Virus record (IMG/VR): IMGVR_UViG_3300027899_000001
Span: 124,001 to 188,000 of that record
Strand: one strand, 5' to 3'
Length of the DNA: 64,000 nucleotides
Position numbers and translations under genes: made by a program. The number at the start of each line of letters is the position of its first letter. Within the stretch, counting starts at the first letter, position 1. The notes under the pieces are model-generated. The model did not search any database. It was not told the origin of the DNA and saw nothing but the letters and a program-made list of their open reading frames with translations. Positions 27,647-37,843 of this stretch are shown here, in pieces.

Positions 27647-28615
27647 TTACAATATTTCATTATTATTAATATAATCTTCAAACGTTGGTATTTTGTGTAA
27701 AGATTCTTTTACTTCTTCTTCAGGTTCTTCAACATGATCATTAAATTCTTCTTTATTTATTAATTCTGCTTCGTCATAATTTTCTCTTAAGAAAGCAACA
27801 ATATCAAATTCATCCCAATCAGGATCGTAATTAAGCTTCTCAAATGTTCCTGATTCACCATCAGTTACTTTTGCTCTCCAATCTCCTTTATCAAATAGTT
27901 TGTATATTTTTCCTGTAAAATCTCCATCTGCATCTTTTATTTCAACATAAAATACTTTATCTTCTTTTATATCATCATGAACATCTGTAACATCTTCATC
28001 ATTTTCATCCTCAATTTCTTCGTGTTCTTCTTCGTCTTCATCTTCTTCATCTGTGTAATCAAGAATATCATCAGTTTCAATATTTTTATCTGATGGTTCT
28101 AATCCCATATCTTCTAATCTATCTGCCCATTCAGGATCTAATTCATTTTTATTAATACCTAATGTATCTCCATCTTCATCTTCAACATAAGATAAATTCT
28201 CTGAGTCCATATAATTTTTAAGTTCTTGAACTTCTTCAGGATCTGCATTTTCAGTATTAAATGTTTCTTCGTTTATATTTTTAATTCTTAATATATCAGA
28301 ATATGATTCGACTGTTGGTGGATTGCCTTGAGCATTTACAGGACGACCAGTTGTATCAACAGCTCCAGTATTTGCTGCAATTGTGTTGGGCTGTGGTTTA
28401 GCGCCAGTAGTCTGAGCCTGTGCTTTCTGCGTTTGTTGTTGTATCTTAGCACGTTGTTGATATTTAACAAGAGCATCATTTCTTTTTTTAGCTAATAGAT
28501 TTTTTAGTTTCAAATCTTCTTGATTATACCATGTTTGTATACCTAAAAGTTCTTTTGCTAAAACATCATCACCTGTAGTAATTTCGTCTTCGTTAAGATG
28601 ATATAAATTTTTCAT
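27647..28615 (-). CDS. Acidic hypothetical protein, putative head-associated
   Basis: LNE/INE sites; IPTFEDYIN at the C-terminus. Confidence 0.55.
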   Translation of the reverse strand: MKNLYHLNEDEITTGDDVLAKELLGIQTWYNQEDLKLKNLLAKKRNDALVKYQQRAKIQQQTQKAQAQTTGAKPQPNTIAANTGAVDTTGRPVNAQGNPPTVESYSDILRIKNINEETFNTENADPEEVQELKNYMDSENLSYVEDEDGDTLGINKNELDPEWADRLEDMGLEPSDKNIETDDILDYTDEEDEDEEEHEEIEDENDEDVTDVHDDIKEDKVFYVEIKDADGDFTGKIYKLFDKGDWRAKVTDGESGTFEKLNYDPDWDEFDIVAFLRENYDEAELINKEEFNDHVEEPEEEVKESLHKIPTFEDYINNNEIL

Positions 28616-28629
28616 TTTATATAATTTAT

Positions 28630-29091
28630 TTAAGTTGTTACTTTTCCGCCTACGTTACATTTTTCACGCACCGTTTCTTCTGTAAATATTGTTTTATTAT
28701 CTTGACATAAAAAATCTCCTGATACTTCTTTTGGACAATAATCTAAAGATTTTAATCTATTTCCGCTACAATCAAAATATCCTTTAACGATCTCAGGACA
28801 TCCTCGTAATGTTGTCATTTTTGTTTCAGAACAATCAAATGATTTACTTTCTTTAAAATTAATATAATCTGGAAAGTTTCCATTCATTTTTACTCTTCCA
28901 AATTTTACATCGTCGTTTAATATTAATGTGTAATCTGAATTAATTTTAATATGTTTATTAAATGTAATTTCATCTACTTTAAATTTTGCAAACCACTTTT
29001 TAATTAATGTTGGTAATCCCACATTTAAATCCCATATAGGATCGCTTTCTTCTATAAATTTTTCATTAATATATTCTCTAACAATATTCAT
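28630..29091 (-). CDS. Tag family, LRR-like payload
   Basis: INEKFIEESDPIWDLNVG; FDCSGNRLKSLDYCPKEVSGDFLC. Confidence 0.8.
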   Translation of the reverse strand: MNIVREYINEKFIEESDPIWDLNVGLPTLIKKWFAKFKVDEITFNKHIKINSDYTLILNDDVKFGRVKMNGNFPDYINFKESKSFDCSETKMTTLRGCPEIVKGYFDCSGNRLKSLDYCPKEVSGDFLCQDNKTIFTEETVREKCNVGGKVTT

Positions 29092-29114
29092 TAAAGACTT
29101 TATTTTATATATTT

Positions 29115-29468
29115 CTATTTTTTCCTCATATGTTTTTTTACATAGTCAAATGAGTGTTGATGTCCACCTGTTATTAGATATAAAATTATATCGTTATCTT
29201 TTTTACCATCAATCGCCATTTTTAACACGCCCTCTTCTATTTTAGCTTTTTTATCATCTATTAAATATTTAACAAGTTTAAAATTATTGGCAGAAACTGC
29301 CATCCATAAAAAAGTTTCGTCTGTAAGTGCACTTATTGCTTTATCTGATAAGTGAAATCGTTCTTTAGCTAATTTTATAAGTTGGTTTTTCATTCCTATA
29401 TTCATATCTTCAATAGGATCTGATTCTTCTTTAAACTTTTCATTTATATGTTCCCTGACTAATTTCAT
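29115..29468 (-). CDS. Tag family, ankyrin-like payload
   Basis: INEKFKEESDPIEDMNIG; LWMAVSANNFKLVKYLID. Confidence 0.75.
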   Translation of the reverse strand: MKLVREHINEKFKEESDPIEDMNIGMKNQLIKLAKERFHLSDKAISALTDETFLWMAVSANNFKLVKYLIDDKKAKIEEGVLKMAIDGKKDNDIILYLITGGHQHSFDYVKKHMRKK

Positions 29469-30225
29469 ATTCTCACTTTATATTTTACAAATAAATCGTA
29501 ATATTGTTCAGGTATACTATAGTAACGATCTTCATCCATCATATCTTTAGGAATTGTCATCATATAAACTCCGGCTTCTGTAACTCCCCCATATTGCGCA
29601 TTACATCTATGTTTCATCATAGTAATGCTTCCTAATTGTCCAACATCATATTTATCAAATTTTACAAGAGTTTCTGTATTGAATCCATCTTTATAGTATT
29701 TTTTACCACCAACTGTAACAGGAATTTTATCCATAAATCCTATAAAAACATAAATATTATTTTCACTTTCTTCTTTTATTTGTTTTCTTGTTCTTCCTAA
29801 TTTTTTAATGTATATTTGTGCAGTAGATAAATCATGAGATCCTGTTTGATGGCAAGGATTATTCCAATTAATATCATCTAATCCATTTTAATAATTTCCA
29901 ATATTTCATCTTTATCTACATTGTTAGCAACAGCTTCATCTATAATATCTTTTATATCTTTTTTTGTATAATGCACATCTTTTAAAACTTGTGCCTTTTC
30001 TTTAGGAAAATGTTTTATTTGAACATCAATAAAGTCTTCTTTAGATTTACTTTTCCATCCTTTTTTGAAGAATGTATAATCATCACGGAAATCAACATCT
30101 TCTTCAGTTAATCCTATTTTCTTAAGATCAGCAAGAATTTGATTCTTTTTTCCTATATTTAAATCTTGAATCGGATCCGATTCTTCTTTAAATTTTTCGT
30201 TTATATGTTCTCTTACTTTTTTCAT
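29465..30225 (-). pseudogene. Tag family gene interrupted by a 1-nt frameshift near 29885 (track ORFs 29878..30225 and 29465..29734)
   Basis: The frame of the 29734 ORF stays open upstream to ATT AAA A|AT GGA; one extra A gives ...EIIKNGLDDINW...GFMDK. Confidence 0.65.
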
Positions 30226-31040
30226 TAATATGCGCTAAATCTTAATTTTCCTTTTATTTGACAATATTTTCTAACTGACGTACGAAAAGTGGGTTTACCG
30301 TGTGCTGCGTTATAAAAAATTACATAATCACCATCCACTATTTTTGGTCCATTTATTTTAATAGTTCTTAAATTATCAAAACAACAAGCAAATCTTCCAC
30401 GTATATAATTAAATTTTATATAACTGGGAAGCCTACTTAAATCTTCATAAGATATATCTATATCGTCCTTTGAATCTAACGTTAAATCATTATTTATTAT
30501 AAAATCTCCGCCTTCAACTACTTTTCGTTTTGTAAATTCTTTTATCCAATCATTAATTTGTCTTGGCAATCCTATACCCAAATCATAAATAGGATCTGAT
30601 TCCTCAACAAATTTTTCAGCTAATATATTTTTTTCTTTTAATTTTCGTATACCCATCAAAAGATCATTACACGTTTCATCTAATCCTCTTTTTCTAAGTT
30701 CTTTAAGCGTCTGTTTAACATCAGCGCCATTGTCTATTAAAAATTTGCATCCTTTCCAATTATGATCGTATGCACAATTACCTAAAAAATATCCATAAGA
30801 TTTAGAATGTGATGCGTTTATATCTACTAATTTAGAATCTAATAAAAATTTTGCAAAAATATATTCATTATTACTTAAGCATATTTCAAACATAGAATCG
30901 TAATGTTTACCATTTACTAACTCACGTCTGCCTTTTTTTATTATATAGTCTTCAATTTTAGCTAACATTCCTATACCAAGATCACGAATGGGATCTGATT
31001 CTTCAGCAAATTTTTCGTTTATATGTTCTTTTACAATCAT
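30225..31040 (-). CDS. Tag family polyprotein, 2 modules (ankyrin-like, LRR-like)
   Basis: Two tags; CKFLIDNGADV; LPSYIKFNYIRGRF. Confidence 0.8.
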   Translation of the reverse strand: MIVKEHINEKFAEESDPIRDLGIGMLAKIEDYIIKKGRRELVNGKHYDSMFEICLSNNEYIFAKFLLDSKLVDINASHSKSYGYFLGNCAYDHNWKGCKFLIDNGADVKQTLKELRKRGLDETCNDLLMGIRKLKEKNILAEKFVEESDPIYDLGIGLPRQINDWIKEFTKRKVVEGGDFIINNDLTLDSKDDIDISYEDLSRLPSYIKFNYIRGRFACCFDNLRTIKINGPKIVDGDYVIFYNAAHGKPTFRTSVRKYCQIKGKLRFSAY

Positions 31041-32827
31041 TAGTCGTTAATTGCTTTTAATAATTGACCGCTCCAATATCTATACTCTGAAAAAATAGTA
31101 TCATATAAATTATGAATAGAGCTGGGTGTAAGTTCCAAAAATAATGATGGATTATTATCTTCAATTGAGCGAAAAGCTGGAAGTCTATCTTCATTTTCAA
31201 GTTCACCAACATTGAATTTATCTTCAACATTTAATCTTCCACCCATGATTTCTTCTTCAAAGAACAGTTGAATAGTTATTTCAGATTTCTTACCTGCATC
31301 TGTAATAATCACAATGGGTTCAAAATCTGGACGACAATATTGAAATACTTCTGTTATATTCCAAGAATCAAGTAATCCAAATCCTGGAATAAGAGCATTA
31401 TTATCATTCATTAGAGCTTGCATTTGCGCTTTTACAGTTTCATCTGAAGCATGAAAATCTTTTCCTTCTATTCTAAATTTATTACTTATACAAAATAAAA
31501 TAACAGGAGCTTTCCACATTTGATTTATTCTGATAACATTTGTCATCTGAGCAACTGTAAAAGGCTCAAATGTTGTAATATAAACTGCACATGGTTTTTG
31601 ACCTTTTGCAACATCTCGTATTTTAGGTTCAAATGCTTTCTGAATTGATGCTATAACTCTCATGTTATCTACATCAGTAGGGTTTCTTTTCTTAAATGCA
31701 TCAACTACTATATTTTCTGAACGAGCTTCATTCAACATATAATAGCCTTCGCCTTCTTGAAATTTATTAGTGTAATTATTTATTAATGTAACATATGAAT
31801 TGAATTTTTCAACAATCATTTCTGTTAATAATCCATAAGACTTTTTATACTTTCTAAATGAAGATAATATAACTTTAAATAGTGCTTCATATATTGGAGC
31901 TTTTTCAATCCATTTTAATGTTTCTTCATTAGTAATAAATTTTTTATTTAATTTTCCATTATGTCCAAACTGAGGAGGCATTAAATATTTTGAATCTATT
32001 GTTTCGTTTACAGTTTTAATATCACAATACTTATTAAATATATCACAAACAATATTTATATACCTTTCATCTTTAGAATCTGCTTCTAATATTGGAAAAT
32101 TATATCCACTCATAAATGTATTTAAGTCTGTAATTATTATATCATATACATCTCGTGATTCATTTTCTTTTTCATATGCTTCATTAAGAAGTTCAAATTC
32201 ATATGATATAATTTGAGCTAATTTATCTTTAGATTTAATGACGATTCCTTCTATGATATCTTCTCTTGAATATACATTATGAAGAGTTTTTTCAATCATT
32301 TTTGCAAATGTCATGGTTTCTCCTTCATATTGTTTTGTATCATATGCAATAAGAAGTTTCTTTTGTTCTTCATTCAATTTTCCTTCAAATAATACAGGAG
32401 GTCTTCCCATACACAATACAGAAGCCCATTCTTTAACTGTATTATAATCAAAAGATTCTGATACTTTATCACCATTTCTACGAGTTACATCTGTAAGAAT
32501 ATACTTTGGAAGTTTTGAATATGGAATTCTTAAAGGTCTTTCAACTGGAGTATAATATAAACCAAAGAATAATCCTTCAGGAATTTGTGCATCTTTAGTT
32601 ATGATAGGAATTTCAAGCATAGCGCTCTCATAAATATCGGTGAGAGTTCTATCTATTAAAGTAATTGGACTATTATCTTTTTTATAAAAGAGAATTTCAT
32701 CTCCCTTTTTTTCAAAGATTAAACGATAAGTGTCAATTTTTTCGGTAATAACGACATCTTCATTTAATAAAGAATCTACGTATTTTTGTCCTTTTCGTTC
32801 TAAGACTTTTGATAACGTGTTTAACAT
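31040..32827 (-). CDS. RNA-ligase-like nucleotidyltransferase domain fused to a degenerate cytidylyltransferase-like domain
   Basis: ITEKID and EGIVIK motifs; C-domain YITTFEPFT; likely start MLNTL at 32827. Confidence 0.5.
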   Translation of the reverse strand: MLNTLSKVLERKGQKYVDSLLNEDVVITEKIDTYRLIFEKKGDEILFYKKDNSPITLIDRTLTDIYESAMLEIPIITKDAQIPEGLFFGLYYTPVERPLRIPYSKLPKYILTDVTRRNGDKVSESFDYNTVKEWASVLCMGRPPVLFEGKLNEEQKKLLIAYDTKQYEGETMTFAKMIEKTLHNVYSREDIIEGIVIKSKDKLAQIISYEFELLNEAYEKENESRDVYDIIITDLNTFMSGYNFPILEADSKDERYINIVCDIFNKYCDIKTVNETIDSKYLMPPQFGHNGKLNKKFITNEETLKWIEKAPIYEALFKVILSSFRKYKKSYGLLTEMIVEKFNSYVTLINNYTNKFQEGEGYYMLNEARSENIVVDAFKKRNPTDVDNMRVIASIQKAFEPKIRDVAKGQKPCAVYITTFEPFTVAQMTNVIRINQMWKAPVILFCISNKFRIEGKDFHASDETVKAQMQALMNDNNALIPGFGLLDSWNITEVFQYCRPDFEPIVIITDAGKKSEITIQLFFEEEIMGGRLNVEDKFNVGELENEDRLPAFRSIEDNNPSLFLELTPSSIHNLYDTIFSEYRYWSGQLLKAIND

Positions 32828-32843
32828 AATTTTAGATTTTAAT

Positions 32844-33194
32844 TTATATTTTTTTAGTAATTGGGTGTTCTTTTTTTCTTTGGTGATCAATAATATATTG
32901 TCGTAAAGAATGGTACTGAGGAGAAGCTTTTTCTCTATTAATAGTTATATATTGTTCACAATATTCTTGTAACATTTTTGCATAATCAGTAGTAATAAAA
33001 TGAGTAGAATCAGTAGATATTAATAACATTCTATTATCAACTTTACATACTATTGGAATAATATCATATAGCCATTTAACAAGATCCTCGATAGATTTAA
33101 AATCACGCACGTGAAAAACACCAATACCCATTGTTTGTATAGGATCGGGATCTTCTAAAAATTTCTCCCCTAAATATTCCCTAACTTTTTTCAC
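32844..33194 (-). CDS. Tag family (degenerate tag), 1 module
   Basis: LGEKFLEDPDPIQTMGIG; RDF...WLY payload class. Confidence 0.7.
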   Translation of the reverse strand: MKKVREYLGEKFLEDPDPIQTMGIGVFHVRDFKSIEDLVKWLYDIIPIVCKVDNRMLLISTDSTHFITTDYAKMLQEYCEQYITINREKASPQYHSLRQYIIDHQRKKEHPITKKI

Positions 33195-33211
33195 GTATTA
33201 TTACAATTTAT

Positions 33212-33249
33212 TTTATATATTCAAAACAAAAGGAGCCGTTGAGCTCCTT
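33212..33249 (-). promoter_or_regulatory. Terminator fused to putative late promoter
   Basis: AAGGAGC-6-GCTCCTT, T tract, GAATATATAAA. Confidence 0.65.
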
Positions 33250-33271
33250 GTTAGAATTTTAGAATTTAATA

Positions 33272-33433
33272 TTATTTTTTAGTTTGTTTAGGTGGTTTAG
33301 TATCACGTTTAAATCCTAAAGCAAGTGCTATAAGTTTTATTGCTTCCCATCCAATAAGTCCTAACATAAAGAAAACAAATAGATATACGGGAATAAGCCC
33401 AGGTTTTTGAAAAATTTGTAGAAGTTGATCCAT
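33272..33433 (-). CDS. 53-aa membrane protein (absent from the ORF track)
   Basis: MDQLLQIFQKPGLIPVYLFVFFMLGLIGWEAIKLIALALGFKRDTKPPKQTKK fills the gap between a gene and a terminator. Confidence 0.65.
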   Translation of the reverse strand: MDQLLQIFQKPGLIPVYLFVFFMLGLIGWEAIKLIALALGFKRDTKPPKQTKK

Positions 33434-33438
33434 TTTAT

Positions 33439-33984
33439 TTACTTTTTAACTTTAATAATATATTTCTTTTTAGGTTCAATACTTTCTCTTAGTTCTTTAT
33501 TAATAGTTTCATTAAATTCATTAAGAGATTTTACAAAAGCTTCACTAATTATAGATGTGATCATATCAGGTGTTAAGATATCTCGTAAACTTGATGCATT
33601 AAGTTGTTTATACATTTCGTCTATAACATCATACAATTTATATTTAAGGTCTGATTGTCTTATAGTTTCGTTAATAACTGCATAAGATTTTTCTTTTAAG
33701 AAATTTTTCTTTTGAACTGCAGTAGAATTCTCATTTAAAGTCATTGAACGCTTAGTAAGGAATTTTTCTCCTTTTTCACTAATACCTTCTTCGTCATTCC
33801 AATAATAGTTGAGCTCTGTTAAGAAAGACATCTGAGACTCTTCATTAAGTTCGTGAACAGAATTAAGACCATAGTGCTCAAGCATTGCGCTATAAACTTT
33901 CTTAAAACCGTCTAATACCTTGTTTTCCTGAAGTATTTCAGCTTCATTAACTTTCTCTTTATATTTTTCAGAAAATTTCTTCAT
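33439..33984 (-). CDS. Hypothetical helical protein, putative head-associated
   Basis: MKKFSE..VNE leader, several [LI]NE sites, GAATATATAAA at 34000-34010. Confidence 0.55.
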   Translation of the reverse strand: MKKFSEKYKEKVNEAEILQENKVLDGFKKVYSAMLEHYGLNSVHELNEESQMSFLTELNYYWNDEEGISEKGEKFLTKRSMTLNENSTAVQKKNFLKEKSYAVINETIRQSDLKYKLYDVIDEMYKQLNASSLRDILTPDMITSIISEAFVKSLNEFNETINKELRESIEPKKKYIIKVKK

Positions 33985-34198
33985 ATGTCAATAATTTATT
34001 TTATATATTCATCTCTTTTTGTGCCATTGTGCAAAAATAAATGATAAGATATATTTTATTTATATATCTATATAACTTAAAAGTCTATTTAATTTAAAAC
34101 ATTAACAATAATTTAATTCTTGAGTGATAGTTTGGCATACTTTTAGATAGTAGACAGTATATAGAGTCTTTTATAAACTTAAATAAATATAATAAAAA

Positions 34199-35284
34199 AT
34201 GAAAAAATTATTTATTGTTTTCGTAATGTTCTTTTTCTCAATTATTCTAATAGGACAAGATATGTCTGATTATGAAAGATATGTAATAGAAAAAGAAAAA
34301 GCAGAAATACGTGCAATGAAAGATACTGTAAGACCAGTAGAATCGGTACAGATTGTGCATGATACTGTATATGTAAAATCAGAAGAACAACCCATTGTTG
34401 TTAATTACTATGATGATGACCCCTTTTATTATAGTCATAATATAGGAATGTTTTATCATGGTGGATTTAATTATTATATGTATGCAGATCCTTATTATTG
34501 GTATATGAGTCCTTATGTAGGATTTGGGTGGGGATATGATAATTTCTATTTCGGTTTTGGATGGGGGTATCCTTATTATGGTTATGGCTATCCCTATTAT
34601 GGTTATGGATATCCTTATTATCCATATTATGGCTATCCTTATTATGGCTATGATTATGGACATTATGGACATGCTAATCATGGTTCAGGTATGTTAGGAT
34701 ATCATAGTTATGGTAGTTATCCTGGACACTCTAGTAGTGGATCTACAAACTATAAAAATTATAGTAGTGGAAAAGTTTATTCGTCTGGAATGTCTAATAA
34801 CACATTTTCAAGTAAATCTAGCACAAGAACTACACAGCAATCTACACAACAATCTACTAGAAGAGCTTCTAATTTTGCATTCAGTAAAAATAGTTACGCT
34901 AATAGATCAAGAACTGCTACACAGCCTGAAAATAAACCAGTGTATAATAAATCTAATAGATCATATACACCGAGTTACACACAACCTAGCACTCGTACAC
35001 GTCCGCAATATAATAATAGTAGAGCAACTACTCAACAAAGAACTATGAAGAATTCTTATCCTACACAATCATCAAGATCATATTCAACGCCTAAAAGTTC
35101 ATCGAGTTCTGGATCAAGAAATTTTTCAAATAGTAGAAGTTCAAATTATTCTGCACCGTCAAGAAGTTCATCACCTTCTTATTCAGCACCAAGAAGTTAC
35201 AGTAGTGGATCGTCTTTTAGTGGAGGAGGAAGTTCATCATCAAGATCTTCAGGATCAAGTGGTGGAAGTCATGGAAAAAGATAA
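34199..35284 (+). CDS. Secreted low-complexity Tyr/Gly- and Ser/Arg-rich protein, host-like
   Basis: Signal peptide; YPYYGYG repeats; SSG-rich tail. Confidence 0.7.
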   Translation: MKKLFIVFVMFFFSIILIGQDMSDYERYVIEKEKAEIRAMKDTVRPVESVQIVHDTVYVKSEEQPIVVNYYDDDPFYYSHNIGMFYHGGFNYYMYADPYYWYMSPYVGFGWGYDNFYFGFGWGYPYYGYGYPYYGYGYPYYPYYGYPYYGYDYGHYGHANHGSGMLGYHSYGSYPGHSSSGSTNYKNYSSGKVYSSGMSNNTFSSKSSTRTTQQSTQQSTRRASNFAFSKNSYANRSRTATQPENKPVYNKSNRSYTPSYTQPSTRTRPQYNNSRATTQQRTMKNSYPTQSSRSYSTPKSSSSSGSRNFSNSRSSNYSAPSRSSSPSYSAPRSYSSGSSFSGGGSSSSRSSGSSGGSHGKR

Positions 35285-35287
35285 ATT

Positions 35288-35315
35288 AAAAGGGGGTTAA
35301 ATACTCCCTTTTTTA
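35288..35315. terminator. Bidirectional terminator
   Basis: AAAAGGGGGT...ACTCCCTTTT between convergent genes. Confidence 0.7.
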
Positions 35316-36251
35316 TGTTTTAGAGGCTCCAGGCCTTGGTCTTGAACTTGGTCTAATTGTTGGTTTTCGAACTGGGGTCGGGCGGCGCGTTAGTGTAAAC
35401 TTTTTTTTTCCGCCACAGTTACAGCCTTCATTTAATAAAGGTTTTATTAAATACTCTTCATTTAATGCATCTTCAATATGATATGCTAAAAATGTATTTT
35501 CTTTAATATAAGGCTGTATCTTTTTAAGTGTTTCAAAATCTCCTGCTTCTATAGCTTTATCAACTTCATCTCTAAGTTGATTTTTACCCATTTCTGCATA
35601 ATTTTTTGGTTTAGGAACTTTTTGTAATTCTCTACTTTGTCTCATTGCTGCTGCAAGTTTAGGATCTTCTTCCATTTCTTGTTCTCCACCCAGTTTTTGA
35701 TCACTTACAGCATTTCTATCTTCTACTTCAGGAATAGTTAATTCTATAATTGCATAAATTATATTATCTCTATTTTCTTCTAAGTATTCTTTTTCAATAC
35801 CATGATATTTTCTTAATGCAGTGAAAAATTTATCTATATTCGCATCAAAGAAATCATGTAAAATATCAGCTTGTTCTTCAAAATCTAATCCTTCTTCTGA
35901 ATCACCTTTAAGTTTTAATTCATTAACCACCTGTGAAAATTCACGTGTATTAATCCATACTTCTAAATTATTAAATGCAGCTTTAGCAATATCTTTTATT
36001 TCATATTTGCTATAACTTTCAAAAATTGAATTCATTTCATATAATTCGTCTTTCATATCAATATTTATATTTTGATTTTCACTAACACGATGAAATATTT
36101 CACGCATTACTTTATCTTTATTTTTTATAAAATACTCATATTCTTCACCAGATACTCTTTTTTCAAGAATTTCAGGCACATGTCTTAATCTTATACCCTG
36201 TTTTAACATATGTATAATTATGTGTATCAAATGAGTATAATGATCTTTCAT
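35313..36251 (-). CDS. Hypothetical protein with basic GCNCGG C-terminal peptide
   Basis: 312 aa; LLNE|GCNCGGKKK; putative late promoter at 36269-36279. Confidence 0.6.
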   Translation of the reverse strand: MKDHYTHLIHIIIHMLKQGIRLRHVPEILEKRVSGEEYEYFIKNKDKVMREIFHRVSENQNINIDMKDELYEMNSIFESYSKYEIKDIAKAAFNNLEVWINTREFSQVVNELKLKGDSEEGLDFEEQADILHDFFDANIDKFFTALRKYHGIEKEYLEENRDNIIYAIIELTIPEVEDRNAVSDQKLGGEQEMEEDPKLAAAMRQSRELQKVPKPKNYAEMGKNQLRDEVDKAIEAGDFETLKKIQPYIKENTFLAYHIEDALNEEYLIKPLLNEGCNCGGKKKFTLTRRPTPVRKPTIRPSSRPRPGASKT

Positions 36252-36268
36252 ATAAAAATATAATTTAT

Positions 36269-36309
36269 TTTATATATTCTAAAACAAAAAGGAGAAGTTA
36301 TCTTCTCCT
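36269..36309 (-). promoter_or_regulatory. Terminator fused to putative late promoter
   Basis: AGGAGAAG-4-CTTCTCCT, T tract, GAATATATAAA. Confidence 0.65.
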
Positions 36310-37843
36310 AAAATGTTACTTTAAATCTTTTATATGGAAATCCTTTATCTTTATATATACGTTCACGCTCACGAGCGTGACGCATCAAGTAGTTTACTTT
36401 TTGAAATTTATGAGTTCCATATTCAAAATTGTCACAAAAATCTATGACAGTAATAATTTCTTTTCCTTCTAGTAATCGCATTCCTCGTCCAAGAATTTGT
36501 CTTACAATATATTCTGATTTATTTGATTCTACAATAAAAATATTATGAACATTATGTATAGATATTCCTTCTGAAAAAACTCCGATACTTGCAACTATTA
36601 TAATATTTTCAGTTTCTTCCATTTGTTTTTTGAAATATTCTCTATTTTCTGCTTTGGTTCCACCGTCAATATAATAAACAATTTTATCTGTATTTTCCTT
36701 TAACCAATTAAATATATTTCTTCCGTATTCATTTTTAATATCGGAGAACAATACTAATGAATTTTTTGTTGTTTTAGAAATCGTATCACAAATGTATCTT
36801 AATCTTTTATGATTAGATCGTATTATATCCTTTTCAAGATTAAGAAGTTTTACTCCATCCTTTTCATCTGCAGCTACATTACGAAGATTATATAATTTCT
36901 TTTTCATTTCTTCTTCAAGGTAATCCATTTCAATACCTACTACTTTTACCGGTGTGGCAAAATTTGCAGCTATAAGGTCTGCTGATTTAACAAGATAAAC
37001 ACACGGTCCTAAATATGATTGAACTGTAAATGAATCAAGAGATCCTTCTTGAGGAAGTGTTCCTGTCATACCCACACAATATTTAGCATTAAATGATTTG
37101 ACAAGAATTTCTTTAATTGAAGATGCACGTGCATGATGAGTTTCATCTATAAATACCACATCAAATTTAGAAAAGTATTCTAAGTCCTTCTTAGACAAAG
37201 ATTGAAAAGTACCAAATACTATATTAGCATCGTCTTTGCTATCTTTCTTAGCTCCTCCAAATACACTCTGTGACTTCCAGATTGGCTTCTTACCACAATC
37301 TTCTTCGTATTCATAAAACTCTTCTTCTGTTTGAGTTACAAGACTTATATTAGGCACGACATATAACATTCGCTTAGCATAACCTTTATCAAATAGATAA
37401 CGAAAGAGTAAAAATGCCATAAGAGTTTTGCCGCCTGATGTGGATATTTCTTCAGTACAGAATTTATATTTCAATACACGAGATACACCTTCAATTTGAT
37501 AATCACGAGGTTGTTTTTCAGATTCTTCAAAATACGTATTAACCCATTCTACAAATAAAGATTCATCATAATCTTTATCATAAAGATGTTCTATGCCCTC
37601 TATTTCAAGATTAAAATAATACTGTTTAGCAAGTTTTTGAACTTCATTCCATAAACCAATAGGAATTCTTCCATATCTATCAACAAATTTTGTTTCAAAA
37701 CTTTTAGGTTGATTAGATTTTGAACGTATCGCGCCCCAATTCATAACACGTTTTGTAAAGCTTGACTCAATTTGCTCATACTCTAATTGTGTACTATCAA
37801 CTACTACTAAAAATTTATGTGAATCATCAACTTTAAGTCTCAT
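36308..37843 (-). CDS. uvsW: UvsW-like SF2 DNA helicase
   Basis: PRDYQ, TSGGKT, DETH, GMTGT, SEGISI, QILGRGMR. Confidence 0.9.
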   Translation of the reverse strand: MRLKVDDSHKFLVVVDSTQLEYEQIESSFTKRVMNWGAIRSKSNQPKSFETKFVDRYGRIPIGLWNEVQKLAKQYYFNLEIEGIEHLYDKDYDESLFVEWVNTYFEESEKQPRDYQIEGVSRVLKYKFCTEEISTSGGKTLMAFLLFRYLFDKGYAKRMLYVVPNISLVTQTEEEFYEYEEDCGKKPIWKSQSVFGGAKKDSKDDANIVFGTFQSLSKKDLEYFSKFDVVFIDETHHARASSIKEILVKSFNAKYCVGMTGTLPQEGSLDSFTVQSYLGPCVYLVKSADLIAANFATPVKVVGIEMDYLEEEMKKKLYNLRNVAADEKDGVKLLNLEKDIIRSNHKRLRYICDTISKTTKNSLVLFSDIKNEYGRNIFNWLKENTDKIVYYIDGGTKAENREYFKKQMEETENIIIVASIGVFSEGISIHNVHNIFIVESNKSEYIVRQILGRGMRLLEGKEIITVIDFCDNFEYGTHKFQKVNYLMRHARERERIYKDKGFPYKRFKVTF

